From: Treponemataceae bacterium | GTDB lineage: Bacteria > Spirochaetota > Spirochaetia > Treponematales > Rectinemataceae | Direction of reading: 5' to 3' | NCBI GenBank assembly: GCA_963678065.2 | Contig: CAXXVZ010000003.1 | Location: forward strand, 2,080,001-2,144,000 | Length of the DNA: 64,000 nt | Part shown: piece by piece, positions 18,801-27,192 of the stretch | Position numbering within the stretch: position 1 is the first letter of the stretch | How the letters are laid out: each line of letters starts with the position of its first letter | Made by a program: the position numbers and the translations under genes | Notes under the pieces: model-generated | Database searches by the model: none | What the model was told of the DNA's origin: nothing | The model's input: the letters and a program-made list of their open reading frames with translations, nothing else

Positions 18801-19388
18801 CACGTCCTCGCCTCCGGACGCAACATCAACGTCCTCGTCATGGATACCGAGGTCTACTCGAACACCGGTGGCCAGATGTCCAAGTCGACGCCCTTCGGTG
18901 CGGTCGCCAAATTCGCCGCGGCCGGAAAGGATATCGGCAAGAAAGATCTCGGCATGATCGCGATGTCCTACGGCTACGTCTACGTCGCCTCAGTCGCCCT
19001 GGGCGCCAACATGACCCAGGCCATCAAGGCATTCCGCGAGGCGGAGAGCTACGACGGTCCTTCCCTCATCATCGCCTACAGCCACTGCGCGATGCACGGC
19101 ATCGACATGATGAAGGGCATGAACCAGCAGAAGCTTTCCGCCGAGGCGGGAATCTGGCCTCTCTATCGCTACGATCCCAGGCTCAAGGCCCAGGGGAAGA
19201 ATCCCTTCCAGCTCGACTCCAAAGAGCCTGATCTCTCCAAGATCGAGACCTTCATGTCGAGCGAGGTCCGGTTCAAGACCCTCGCCTTCTCCGATCCTGT
19301 CCGCGCCGCCGACCTCGCCGGCCGTGAGAAAGCCCTCGTCGAGCGCCGCTGGAAGGAATACAAGTACCTGAGCGAGCGGCCCTTTTAG
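15825..19388 (+). CDS. nifJ: Pyruvate:ferredoxin (flavodoxin) oxidoreductase, single chain
   Basis: YPITPSS, EMQSEAGAAG, two CxxCxxCxxxCP motifs, FEFSGACAGCGE, GGDGWAYDIG; start MSDTKN after an AAGGA SD. Confidence 0.97.
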   Translation: MSDTKNMVMIDGNTAAAHVAHAVSEVIAIYPITPSSPMGELSDEYSAQGRKNIWGTVPQVVEMQSEAGAAGAVHGSLTTGALTTTFTASQGLLLMIPNMYKIAGECTSTVFHIAARAIAAQALSIFGDHQDVMAARQTGWAMLASNNVQEVMDMALISHAATLEARVPFLHFFDGFRTSHEVQKVEEISYAIMRQMISDELVRAHRSRGLSPERPSIRGTSQNPDVYFTAREAANNLYTATPAIVQKAMDAYARLTGRAYKLFDYAGAPDAERIIIVMGSGADTVEEVVSHLTKKGEKVGVVKVHLYRPFSVEHFMKALPSTVKSIAVLDRTKEPGSIGEPMYEDVRTAIGEAQGSGKAPFKGWPTVIGGRYGLGSAEFYPSHALAVFEELKKTEPKSHFTVGINDDVSGSSLSYDPEFQLEDDGVKECLFYGLGSDGTVGANKNSIKIIGDETDNSAQGYFFYDSKKAGTYTISHLRFGPKLITKPYLIAKADFLACHKFSFLEKLDMLANSKVGGVFLLNSPYPADKVWDEIPAEVQKTIIAKKLRFYVVDGMAIAEKAGMGNRINTIMQTAFFKISGVLPEEEALRLIKKYTEKTYARKGADVVAKNIAAIDLALNHIHEVKYPAQVTSALHMKSPVPADAPAFVKEVIGEMIAARGEYLPVSKMPLDGTFPSGTTKYEKRNIAEKIPVWNKDLCIQCGNCTMVCPHACIRLKAYDAKYLEGAPATFKSADARGKELAGLKATLQIAPEDCTGCGACVNICPALDKVNAGRKAINLEHQLPLRETEAKNWDWFLAIPNTDAKLLNLSTPKGIAMKQPLFEFSGACAGCGETPYIKLMTQLCGDHAIIGNATGCSSIYGGNLPTTPYTTRADGRGPAWSNSLFEDAAEFAYGMRLSSDKMAQYSRELVAAHKGAEIPAALADALLANPQDSEEAIDAQRASVAELRKACQAIDAEWAKELVNVADGLIRKSVWAFGGDGWAYDIGFGGLDHVLASGRNINVLVMDTEVYSNTGGQMSKSTPFGAVAKFAAAGKDIGKKDLGMIAMSYGYVYVASVALGANMTQAIKAFREAESYDGPSLIIAYSHCAMHGIDMMKGMNQQKLSAEAGIWPLYRYDPRLKAQGKNPFQLDSKEPDLSKIETFMSSEVRFKTLAFSDPVRAADLAGREKALVERRWKEYKYLSERPF

Positions 19389-19571
19389 GGACGTGAGCGA
19401 AGGTAAAGCCTGAGCGAGCGGCCCTTTTAGGGACGTGAGCGAAGGTAAAGCCTGAGCGAGCGGCCCTTTTAGGGACGTGAGCGAAGGTAAAGCCTGAGCG
19501 AGCGGCCCTTTTAGGGACGTGAGCGAAGGTAAAGCCTGAGCGAGCGGCCCTTTTAGGGACGTGAGCGAAGG
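19367..19571 (+). repeat. Perfect 42-bp tandem repeat, 4 full copies plus 37 bp
   Basis: Unit CCTGAGCGAGCGGCCCTTTTAGGGACGTGAGCGAAGGTAAAG at 19367, 19409, 19451, 19493 and 19535. Confidence 0.98.
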
Positions 19572-19664
19572 CGTAATTCGTCCGGGCGTCGGTTTCAGGG
19601 CCGCGCGGACGGAGAAAAAACCGCCTGGGGCCCGAACGCGGTTCCGGGAGAATGTGCAAATGGT

Positions 19665-19700
19665 GAAAAGGGGTCGGCAATTGCCGGCCCCTTTCTTTTT
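19665..19700 (+). terminator. Intrinsic terminator downstream of PFOR
   Basis: AAAGGGGTCGGC-AATT-GCCGGCCCCTTT followed by CTTTTT. Confidence 0.8.
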
Positions 19701-20085
19701 ACGGTCAGGCGGTATGGATTGGGCGCGGGTTTTATGCCTCATCCGCCATACCTTCGCCGAAGCACGCAGGGGATCGTGGCTCTCCGGCGGCCTTTCCTGC
19801 GCGAGGGATCGGAGCGGAAATCCGCCCGACGCTCAGCGGCATGACCGCCCGGGCTCCTCCGGAGACCGGGCAGGCGGGATGGTCAGGCGTCGGGCGCATT
19901 GAAGCGGAGAGCCCGACGGCGCGGCGCAGGTCGCCGGGGCGCCGGGAGAAATGACTGTCACATGTTCCGGACTGCGTGGATGGGCGCCGCGACGGCGCGC
20001 CCGGCAAAAAAATAGTGAATTACCCTCGTCCTGGATTGCCATCCCGATTTCGGTACAAATATATTGACTGGTACAGGAGCGCCGC

Positions 20086-21273
20086 ATGAATGTTGTCATA
20101 ATCGGCAATGGTGTTGCCGGAATCTCGGTAGCGAAGGAATTGAGACTGCGGGAGGGCGACCCGGGGCGGCTTGCGATCACGGTCATCGCGCACGAGTCCT
20201 ATGACTATTACGCGAGGATCCGTCTGCCGGAGGTATTCGGAGGCGGGGCACTGGGGGCGGAACTTCTCGCGCTGTACAAGCCCGGATGGTACGCGGAAAA
20301 ATCTATCGCCGTGAAGCTGGGGCAGGACGTCGTCGCGATCGACGCGGAGAGGAGACAACTCGTTCTGTCATCGGGGGCGGAAATTTCTTTCGATGCACTC
20401 GTCCTCGCCGTGGGCGCCGATCCGGTGAGACCTGAAATACCTGGCGCCTATCTTCCCGGCGTTTTCACCGTGCGGGAGTACGACGACGCCGCCAGGGTCC
20501 GCAGATCGGTGGAGAGGGATCCCGCCTCCGCCGTGGTCGTGGGCGGCGGGCTTCTCGGGCTGGAGGCGGCGCGGCATCTGGGCGATTTCGGCGTGCACAA
20601 GCTAACCGTACTCGAAGTGGCCACACGTCTCCTGCCGCGACAGATGGACGAGGGAGGAGCGGCGGCGCTCACGGAGGCTTTCCGAGCAATGGGGATCGAA
20701 GTCGCGACGGGTGTCCGCGTGGCGCGTTTCGCGGGTACGGACAGGGTGGAGGCCGTTGAACTTGAGGATGGGCGGAGCGTTCCGGCCGCGACGGTCGTGC
20801 TCTCCATGGGGGTCAGGCCCCGGACCGGGCTCGCAAAAGCCGCCGGCCTCGCCACCGCGCGGGGTATCGTCGTGGATGACTTCCTCAGGACGAACTGCCC
20901 CGGAATCTTTGCGCTCGGAGATTGCGCGGAGCACCATGCCATTTCCCTCGGAATAATCCCGGCGGCCCTGGAACAGGCCCCAGTCTGCGCCGCGGCTATC
21001 CTTGGCGACCTCCTCCATCCCTACAAGGGGACTGTGCCCTCCAACACCCTGAAGGTGGCGGGGCTGGATGTGTTTTCGGCGGGTATCGTGGAGCGCAAGG
21101 AAGGCGACGGCTGCGAGGAAATTCTCGCAAAAACTCCCGCGGGCCGCTACGAACGGTACCTTTTGCGCGACGGAGTCTTGGTGGGCGCGATCGTCATCGG
21201 ATCGAAGGAGAGGGCGCGGGCCGCGGCGCGCATGATGGGTAAGATAGTGGAACGGGAACTGAGGGAACCTTGA
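20086..21273 (+). CDS. FAD/NAD(P)H oxidoreductase (NADH:rubredoxin reductase or NirB N-terminal-like)
   Basis: IIGNGVAG, VVGGGLLGLE, GIVVD..LRT..PGIFALGDCAE. Confidence 0.85.
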   Translation: MNVVIIGNGVAGISVAKELRLREGDPGRLAITVIAHESYDYYARIRLPEVFGGGALGAELLALYKPGWYAEKSIAVKLGQDVVAIDAERRQLVLSSGAEISFDALVLAVGADPVRPEIPGAYLPGVFTVREYDDAARVRRSVERDPASAVVVGGGLLGLEAARHLGDFGVHKLTVLEVATRLLPRQMDEGGAAALTEAFRAMGIEVATGVRVARFAGTDRVEAVELEDGRSVPAATVVLSMGVRPRTGLAKAAGLATARGIVVDDFLRTNCPGIFALGDCAEHHAISLGIIPAALEQAPVCAAAILGDLLHPYKGTVPSNTLKVAGLDVFSAGIVERKEGDGCEEILAKTPAGRYERYLLRDGVLVGAIVIGSKERARAAARMMGKIVERELREP

Positions 21274-21389
21274 GCGCCTTCTCGCTTGAGATTGCAGAAA
21301 AATCGTCTCAGGCGCGATATGATTGACGTGGAGCACATTCCGGAGACCGGTCTGTGCGCTATTCTATGCCTGAAAGGGCGGGAGACGAG

Positions 21390-21698
21390 ATGAAATCGAA
21401 AAAGGCTCTGATGGGAGCGCTGTTGGCGCTGGCTCTGGTACTGCTTCTTTCTTCCTGCCTTCCGGGAGACGGAAGGAACACTGTCGAAAAACCAGCCGGC
21501 TTCTGGACGGGTATCTGGCACGGCTGGGTCGCTCCTGTCTCTCTGGTAGTGGGCATCTTCAACAAAAATGTCCGGATCTACGAGCAGGCGAACACGGGAT
21601 GGTGGTACGATCTCGGTTTTTACATGGCTGTCATCTCGGGATTCGGCGGGCTCGCATTCTCGCGCAAGTCCGCAAAAATGCGCCGAAAGGGAAACTAG
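21390..21698 (+). CDS. Conserved small lipoprotein or membrane protein
   Basis: MKSKK signal with LSSC lipobox; PAGFWTGIWHG...IYE..NTGWWYDLGF; GGAG SD. Confidence 0.75.
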   Translation: MKSKKALMGALLALALVLLLSSCLPGDGRNTVEKPAGFWTGIWHGWVAPVSLVVGIFNKNVRIYEQANTGWWYDLGFYMAVISGFGGLAFSRKSAKMRRKGN

Positions 21699-21780
21699 GG
21701 CCGGGCAGTGCGCGGGGCAGGAGGAAGTGCAGTGCCTCCCACCTCCTGCCCCGCGCCGCCCGACTTTCAGCCTTCACAGC

Positions 21781-22161
21781 TCAACGCGAGGCGATCATCT
21801 CGATCTCGATCGCGGCCCCGCGGGGAAGCCCCGCCACGGCTATAGTCGAGCGTGAGGGGTAGGGTGCGGAAAATTTGGTCGCGTAGACTGCGTTCATCGC
21901 GTCGAAATCGGCCATGTCGGTCAGGAACACAGTCACCTTGACGACATTGGCCTCGTCCAGGCCCGCCGCCTTGAGGACGGAAAACAGATTTCTGAAGCAC
22001 TGCTCGGTCTGGGCGCCGATATCGCCCGTCACGAGAGTTTTGGTTTCAGGATCGAAGGGCGTCTGTCCCGAGAGGAACACGAGCCCCGCCCCGCCCTCCA
22101 CAGCCTGGGAATACGGTCCCACGGTCACCGCGTTTTTCGCCGCAAAAGATTTTCTGGTCAT
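21781..22161 (-). CDS. ridA: RidA/YjgF family reactive-imine deaminase
   Basis: GPYSQAV, FLSGQ, VVKVTVFL.DM.DF..MN.VY, PSRS, LPRGA.IEIE. Confidence 0.88.
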   Translation of the reverse strand: MTRKSFAAKNAVTVGPYSQAVEGGAGLVFLSGQTPFDPETKTLVTGDIGAQTEQCFRNLFSVLKAAGLDEANVVKVTVFLTDMADFDAMNAVYATKFSAPYPSRSTIAVAGLPRGAAIEIEMIASR

Positions 22162-22293
22162 GGCTGGCCCCCTTCCGGTTTCGTACATATATCGTCATAC
22201 TTGAATGTGTGCTCCTCCACTACGCAACCTGCGCAGCCATGGAGGCGTACCGACGATTCTATCATAGATGCCTGGAAAGGCACAGGAGACGAC

Positions 22294-23289
22294 ATGGAAC
22301 CGGTCAGATGGGGTATCCTTCCCGTATCCAAACACTTTGAACTCCGGGTGGCGCAGCCTCTGGGAGCCCTCGCCGAGGCCCAGATCACTGCGGTCGCCTC
22401 GCGCGACGGCGGCAAGGCCCACGCAGCTGGCATCCGGTACAAGGCGAAGAAGGCTTTCGGATCTTACGACGAGCTTCTCGCCGATCCCGATGTCGAGGCG
22501 GTCTATATTTCCCTTCCGAACGACATGCACGCCGAGTGGAGCGTCCGCGCGCTCGAGGCGGGCAAGCACGTTCTCTGCGAAAAGCCATTCAGCCTCGACG
22601 CGAAGCAGGTGGCCACGACAGCGACGGCCGCCGGACGCTCGGGAAAGCTGTTGATGGAAGCTTTCATGTACCGCTTCCACCCACAGTGGCAGAGGGTCAG
22701 GCAGGCGGTAGAATGCGGCGAGATCGGCAAAATACTGGCGACACACTCTTTCTTCAGTTTTTCCAACACGGATCCGGCAAACATACGCAACAAGAAGGAA
22801 GCAGGAGGGGGCGCTCTGTTCGACATCGGATGTTACGCCGTGAGCTCGGCGCGCTTCGTCATGGGACGGGAGCCGCTTTGCGCCATGAGCCTGATGTCGC
22901 GTGACAAGGTTTTCGGAACGGATATGCTGTCCTCGGGCATTCTCGATTTCGGGACAGCGAGATCGACCTTCTCCGTGTCTACTCAGGCGTTTTCTTTCCA
23001 GAGGATGGAAATCCTCGGCTCCGGCGGACGGATCTCCGTTATCCTTCCCTTCAATGCCTATCCTGATGTCCCCCTCGAGCTCGAAATTGTCAACGGGGTC
23101 GGAACCAGGACCTACCGGAGTCCCGCGGTGGATCAGTACGGGCTCATGTTCCAGGCCGTGTCGATGGCGATCCGCTCGGGGACTCCTGCGCCGACACCCA
23201 TGTCCGACGCAGTAGCGAACCAGGCGGTGCTCGATGCCCTCTTCGCATCGGAGTCGAGCGGAAACTGGGAATCGGTGAAAGAGGTCTGA
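22294..23289 (+). CDS. Gfo/Idh/MocA oxidoreductase
   Basis: AVYISLPN..H, GKHVLCEKP, EAFMYRFHPQ, GGGALFDIGCY. Confidence 0.9.
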   Translation: MEPVRWGILPVSKHFELRVAQPLGALAEAQITAVASRDGGKAHAAGIRYKAKKAFGSYDELLADPDVEAVYISLPNDMHAEWSVRALEAGKHVLCEKPFSLDAKQVATTATAAGRSGKLLMEAFMYRFHPQWQRVRQAVECGEIGKILATHSFFSFSNTDPANIRNKKEAGGGALFDIGCYAVSSARFVMGREPLCAMSLMSRDKVFGTDMLSSGILDFGTARSTFSVSTQAFSFQRMEILGSGGRISVILPFNAYPDVPLELEIVNGVGTRTYRSPAVDQYGLMFQAVSMAIRSGTPAPTPMSDAVANQAVLDALFASESSGNWESVKEV

Positions 23290-23422
23290 TCCAAAACAGG
23301 GAAGAGATGAACTGCCTCGGCCCCGCATGCGAATCAGTTTTTCGGACGAATCGAGCCCTGCCTCTTCGACCCGCCAGAGGAGGAGGATCGTCGGGGCCCG
23401 GCGGAGGCGCGGGCAGGAAGTC

Positions 23423-23629
23423 TCAGGACTTTTTCTTTCTCGTAGAAAAGTTGAAGGGAAGGTAGAGGGGACAGAATGCGTTGATCGCATTGAGCGCAAA
23501 AGACGCGGCCAGAATGAGAAGGATGATGGCGAAGGTTCCGTGCACGATTCCGAAGGTGACGATGAGGACAAATATGGCGGCGAAGAACATCCGTATGACG
23601 CGATCGACTTTCCCCATGTTCTTTTTCAT
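23423..23629 (-). CDS. DUF2892 (YgaP-like) membrane protein
   Basis: MKKNMG..DR.IR, two TM segments, FCPLY. Confidence 0.85.
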   Translation of the reverse strand: MKKNMGKVDRVIRMFFAAIFVLIVTFGIVHGTFAIILLILAASFALNAINAFCPLYLPFNFSTRKKKS

Positions 23630-24522
23630 CTGTCCTCCGGATCGAAGGTCTCCACCTCGGCGCGCGTGGGGATGGAAGGCTGTGCTCCCGGCCTTCCGAC
23701 ACAGATGGCGGCGGCGCGGGTCGCGGTAGTGAGTGCGGTGAGAACATCTTTCCCCTCCAGTATGTCGGCGAGGAAAAATCCGGTAAAACAGTCTCCCGCG
23801 GCCGTCGTGTCGACGACCTTGACCTTGAGAGCCGGAACCTGAAGCGAGGAGCCATTCCGCCCCTCGTACCGGACCCCCTGGTCTCCCAGCGTGAGCACGA
23901 TTTCGGTGGCGGGGAATTTCCCGCGGAGAAGGCCCGCGATGCTCTCCACATCGGATGAGCCTGTCAGGGCTTGCCCTTCAGTCTCGTTGAGGATGAGCCA
24001 GTCCGCGCGGCCCACAGGCAGGGAAAGAAGCGATTCGGTGACGGGAGAAGGATTCAGCACGATAGTGAGACCCCGTCGGCCGGCTTCGGCGAGGGCGTAG
24101 TCCATTGAGGATATCTCGTTCTGGAATACCACCATGTCGCCTGAGCCCCAGCCTTCCAGGAAGGAGTCGATGTCGGCCGGGCGTATATCCTTGTTGGCGC
24201 CGGGGGCAAGGAGGATGCAGTTCTGTCCGTCATCCTGAACCTGGATGATCGCGCGGCCCGTCGGGATGCCCGAAACGGCCACCCGCGATGTGTCGACGCC
24301 CGCCCCGGCGAGGGCGTCGAGGATGAAGCGCCCATCCTCTCCGATCTTGCCGGCGAAATACACTTCGGCGCCAGCCCGCGCGAGGGCCATGGCCTGATTG
24401 TCGCCCTTGCCGCCGACATGGCGGGCGTAGGATCGGCATGAAATGGTTTCTCCCGGCCGGACAAACTGTCCGACCGCGAACACGTCGTCGATGTTGATCG
24501 ATCCGATGATAAGAACCCGCAT
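23626..24522 (-). CDS. rbsK: Ribokinase (PfkB family)
   Basis: GSINID, GGKG.NQA.A.ARAG, NETE, DTTAAGDCF. Confidence 0.8.
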   Translation of the reverse strand: MRVLIIGSINIDDVFAVGQFVRPGETISCRSYARHVGGKGDNQAMALARAGAEVYFAGKIGEDGRFILDALAGAGVDTSRVAVSGIPTGRAIIQVQDDGQNCILLAPGANKDIRPADIDSFLEGWGSGDMVVFQNEISSMDYALAEAGRRGLTIVLNPSPVTESLLSLPVGRADWLILNETEGQALTGSSDVESIAGLLRGKFPATEIVLTLGDQGVRYEGRNGSSLQVPALKVKVVDTTAAGDCFTGFFLADILEGKDVLTALTTATRAAAICVGRPGAQPSIPTRAEVETFDPEDR

Positions 24523-24571
24523 CTTTCACCCCTCTCCTTCAGAATTCTCAGTGCTGCCCGGCTGCCGGGAA

Positions 24572-25549
24572 TCAGGAGATGCCCGTGAGGGCCTGGATGT
24601 ACTGGAAGCGCAGATGGGCTGAGGGATCCTCGGCCTTCCACTGTGCGAAACGGCCGCGGAGGGAATCGATGCCGTCGATCCCGAGGCTGTCGAGCCGCGC
24701 GGAGATCGCGGCGCTCATGAGGGAGGCCACGGAGTAGCCTTTCTGGTAGACGACGGAACAGAGCTGCACGGCACTGGCCCCGGCCGCCACGAGCTTGAGC
24801 GCGGCTTCCGCGTCATGGATCCCCGAAGAGGCCGCGAACTGGCAGGGAACACGCTCGTAGAGGACGGAAATCCAGCGGAGGCTGTCGTGGTATTCGCTTC
24901 CCGAACTGCGGATGTGGCCGGGGACCGGCTTCATCGTCGAGAGTTCGAGATCGAGACTGTAGAACCTGTTGAAGAGGACGAGGCTGTCGGCGCCGATTCT
25001 GGCCAGCCGGGCGGCAAGGGCGGCGAGACTTGTCCAGGAAGAGCCCAGCTTGACCGAGAGAGGAAGGCCTGTACGGCTTTTCGCTGTGCTGACGAGAGAA
25101 TAGAGGCGATCTTCGACTGAGCGGGGATCTTCGTCGGTGGAGGAGGCGAGGAATCCGGCGTTGAGTTCGAGGGCCTTCGCTCCAGCCTCGGCGATGCGTT
25201 CGGCAAAATCACCCCACTGGGTCTCGCCGATGCAATTGATGCTCGCGATGACGGGGATACCTGCTTTGGATGACTCTCTCACAAGGGCGGCATAATCGTC
25301 GATGCCCTCCTGCATGCCGGCTCTTCCGAGAAACTGTCCTGCCTCGGCATGAGAGAAGTCGAGACTGGACCCGATCGACGCGATTTCGGCTTTCAGTTGC
25401 TCTTCGAAAAGGGATTTGAGGACGACAGCGCCGAAACCGCCCTCCGCGGCTTTCCGCACTCCCTCGGGGGTGGAAGAAAGACTGCTCGCTGCGAGAACCA
25501 GAGGATTCGCGAGTCTCTGGCCAAGCCAGGTCGTAGAAAGATCTGCCAT
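24572..25549 (-). CDS. Dihydroorotate dehydrogenase-like flavoprotein
   Basis: NPLVLAAS, GAVVLKSLFEEQ, PVIASIN, LVLFNRFY, GASAVQLCS. Confidence 0.85.
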   Translation of the reverse strand: MADLSTTWLGQRLANPLVLAASSLSSTPEGVRKAAEGGFGAVVLKSLFEEQLKAEIASIGSSLDFSHAEAGQFLGRAGMQEGIDDYAALVRESSKAGIPVIASINCIGETQWGDFAERIAEAGAKALELNAGFLASSTDEDPRSVEDRLYSLVSTAKSRTGLPLSVKLGSSWTSLAALAARLARIGADSLVLFNRFYSLDLELSTMKPVPGHIRSSGSEYHDSLRWISVLYERVPCQFAASSGIHDAEAALKLVAAGASAVQLCSVVYQKGYSVASLMSAAISARLDSLGIDGIDSLRGRFAQWKAEDPSAHLRFQYIQALTGIS

Positions 25550-25624
25550 ATCTTCACCTTCCTTTTATTGTCGATGTGTCGGGTCCGGAGCGTCGGTCAT
25601 GGCGCGATGGCGTCAGAGTCACCG

Positions 25625-26059
25625 CTAGCTGGAACAGGGGGCCGCAATCTCATTCATACGCCTGAGGCGGCGCGAAAGGTCGCGGGCGAGATTCATCATC
25701 ATTATGGCGAAGGATTTCTGGTCCGTCTTGAAAATCTCGTGGACAGCCCGGTTGCTGATCGTCCCCACGGTTGTCGGGACGAGTGCCCTGACTGTAGCGG
25801 CGGCGGGCATGATATCCAAGAGCTCCATTTCGCCGACCGTCTCGCCCTCGCCCAGCACTATCAGGACGACGCCATCCTTGACAACCTCGACTTTGCCTTC
25901 GAGTATGAAAAAAATGCTGTCGTTGGGCTTGTTCTGGGAGATCAGGACTTCGCCGGCCGCGTATGTCCGGCTGCCGATGAGGGGTCGTATACGGTCGATA
26001 TCCTGGGTAAGAAGTCCACCGAAGAGTGAGTATTTCTGCAGCGAGGCGGATTCTACCAT
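25625..26059 (-). CDS. Stand-alone cyclic-nucleotide-binding domain protein
   Basis: FFILEGKVEV, GETVGEMELL, ATVRA. Confidence 0.85.
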   Translation of the reverse strand: MVESASLQKYSLFGGLLTQDIDRIRPLIGSRTYAAGEVLISQNKPNDSIFFILEGKVEVVKDGVVLIVLGEGETVGEMELLDIMPAAATVRALVPTTVGTISNRAVHEIFKTDQKSFAIMMMNLARDLSRRLRRMNEIAAPCSS

Positions 26060-26167
26060 TGTTTCTCCCGTTCCGAAAAAAAAGACATATAGTCAAATCT
26101 ATACAAAGGAAAGAAAACAAGTCAACTACACGCAAGGGCGGGAATGCGGGGTGTTTTTCGACTCACG

Positions 26168-26196
26168 TTGACTCGACGCTACTTTCTTATTAGGGT
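26168..26196 (+). promoter_or_regulatory. Promoter TTGACT-17-TAGGGT
   Basis: Read directly upstream of the thioesterase SD (AAGGAGG). Confidence 0.5.
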
Positions 26197-26234
26197 TAAG
26201 AGACAAGCCGAAGGGCGAAGGAGGCTGCAATTCC

Positions 26235-26666
26235 ATGTCAGACACTCAGGCGAGTGAGAGGCTCTCTGTGGGGATGCGCGGAGAGAAAGAGGTTGTCGTC
26301 GGACAGCTCCACACAGCGAGCCATCTGGGCTCGGGGAGTATGGCTGTCTACGCGACCCCGACCATGGTACTGCACATGGAAGAGGCGGCCCTCTCCTGCG
26401 TCGACCCGCTCCTGCCTCCGGGGAAGGCCACTGTGGGCTCGTTCATATCCGTGCGGCATCTTGCGCCGACTCCCCTCGGCATGAGGGTCAGGATCAAGGC
26501 CACACTCACTGCGATAGAGGGCAAGCTTCTCACGTTCTCGCTCGAAGCTTTCGACGATGTGGAGAAGATCGGAGAAGGCAGCCATGTCAGGGCGATAATC
26601 GATACGGGGCGCTTCGCGGAGAGACTCGCGGAGAAGGTCTCGCACGTGTCACAGGTTGTGCGGTGA
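26235..26666 (+). CDS. FlK-type hotdog thioesterase
   Basis: GSG...VYATP.M...ME, H.APTPLG, G.H.RAII. Confidence 0.88.
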   Translation: MSDTQASERLSVGMRGEKEVVVGQLHTASHLGSGSMAVYATPTMVLHMEEAALSCVDPLLPPGKATVGSFISVRHLAPTPLGMRVRIKATLTAIEGKLLTFSLEAFDDVEKIGEGSHVRAIIDTGRFAERLAEKVSHVSQVVR

Positions 26667-27121
26667 ATCCCGCCTTCATGAAAGAGATGCCGCAAAAGGC
26701 GGCACAGGGTCACCTCTGGCATCGCTACCGCTTCTCGCTTGTTGTGGCCTTACTGATCATGGTAGCTGTCCTCCTTCCCGGCAAGACTTTCAACACCATC
26801 CAGTTGAACATCATCGGAGTCGACAAGATCGTTCACTTCCTCATGTTCTTCACATTCTCCCTCGTCTTCTCCATCGAATACCGTAAGGACAAAAAGCGGC
26901 TGCCTCATATCCTTACCCTCATTCTGCTGCTCACCGGCTTCGCGCTGTTCACGGAAACCTCCCAGCTTTTCGCGGAAGGCCGCTCCTTCGATCTATTTGA
27001 CGGACTGTTCGACCTCCTCGGCGCGGTCACGGCGCGCATGGCCGTCGGCCTGTTTCATCGCTTCGGGAAGAAATCGATTTCGCCGGTATTCCGGACGCGG
27101 GGATCCTCCAAAAACAACTGA
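26663..27121 (+). CDS. VanZ family membrane protein
   Basis: DKIVHF.MF, E.SQ.F..GRS...D...D..G. Confidence 0.82.
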   Translation: MNPAFMKEMPQKAAQGHLWHRYRFSLVVALLIMVAVLLPGKTFNTIQLNIIGVDKIVHFLMFFTFSLVFSIEYRKDKKRLPHILTLILLLTGFALFTETSQLFAEGRSFDLFDGLFDLLGAVTARMAVGLFHRFGKKSISPVFRTRGSSKNN

Positions 27122-27192
27122 ATCCCCAAAAACAGTCAGGAATCGGGCCGCCTCGCGTGAGCCGGGCTCGGCTATGTGATACTGTGTTGCCC

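Noticed and set aside
19367..19571. CRISPR array
   Set aside because: The units are contiguous and identical with no unique spacers, and there are no cas genes in the window.
18990..19742. Minus-strand ORFs with repeated peptides (ALPSLTSLKGPLAQ; FTFAHVPKRAARSG)
   Set aside because: By-products of a 42-bp (multiple of 3) repeat lying antisense to PFOR; no independent coding evidence.
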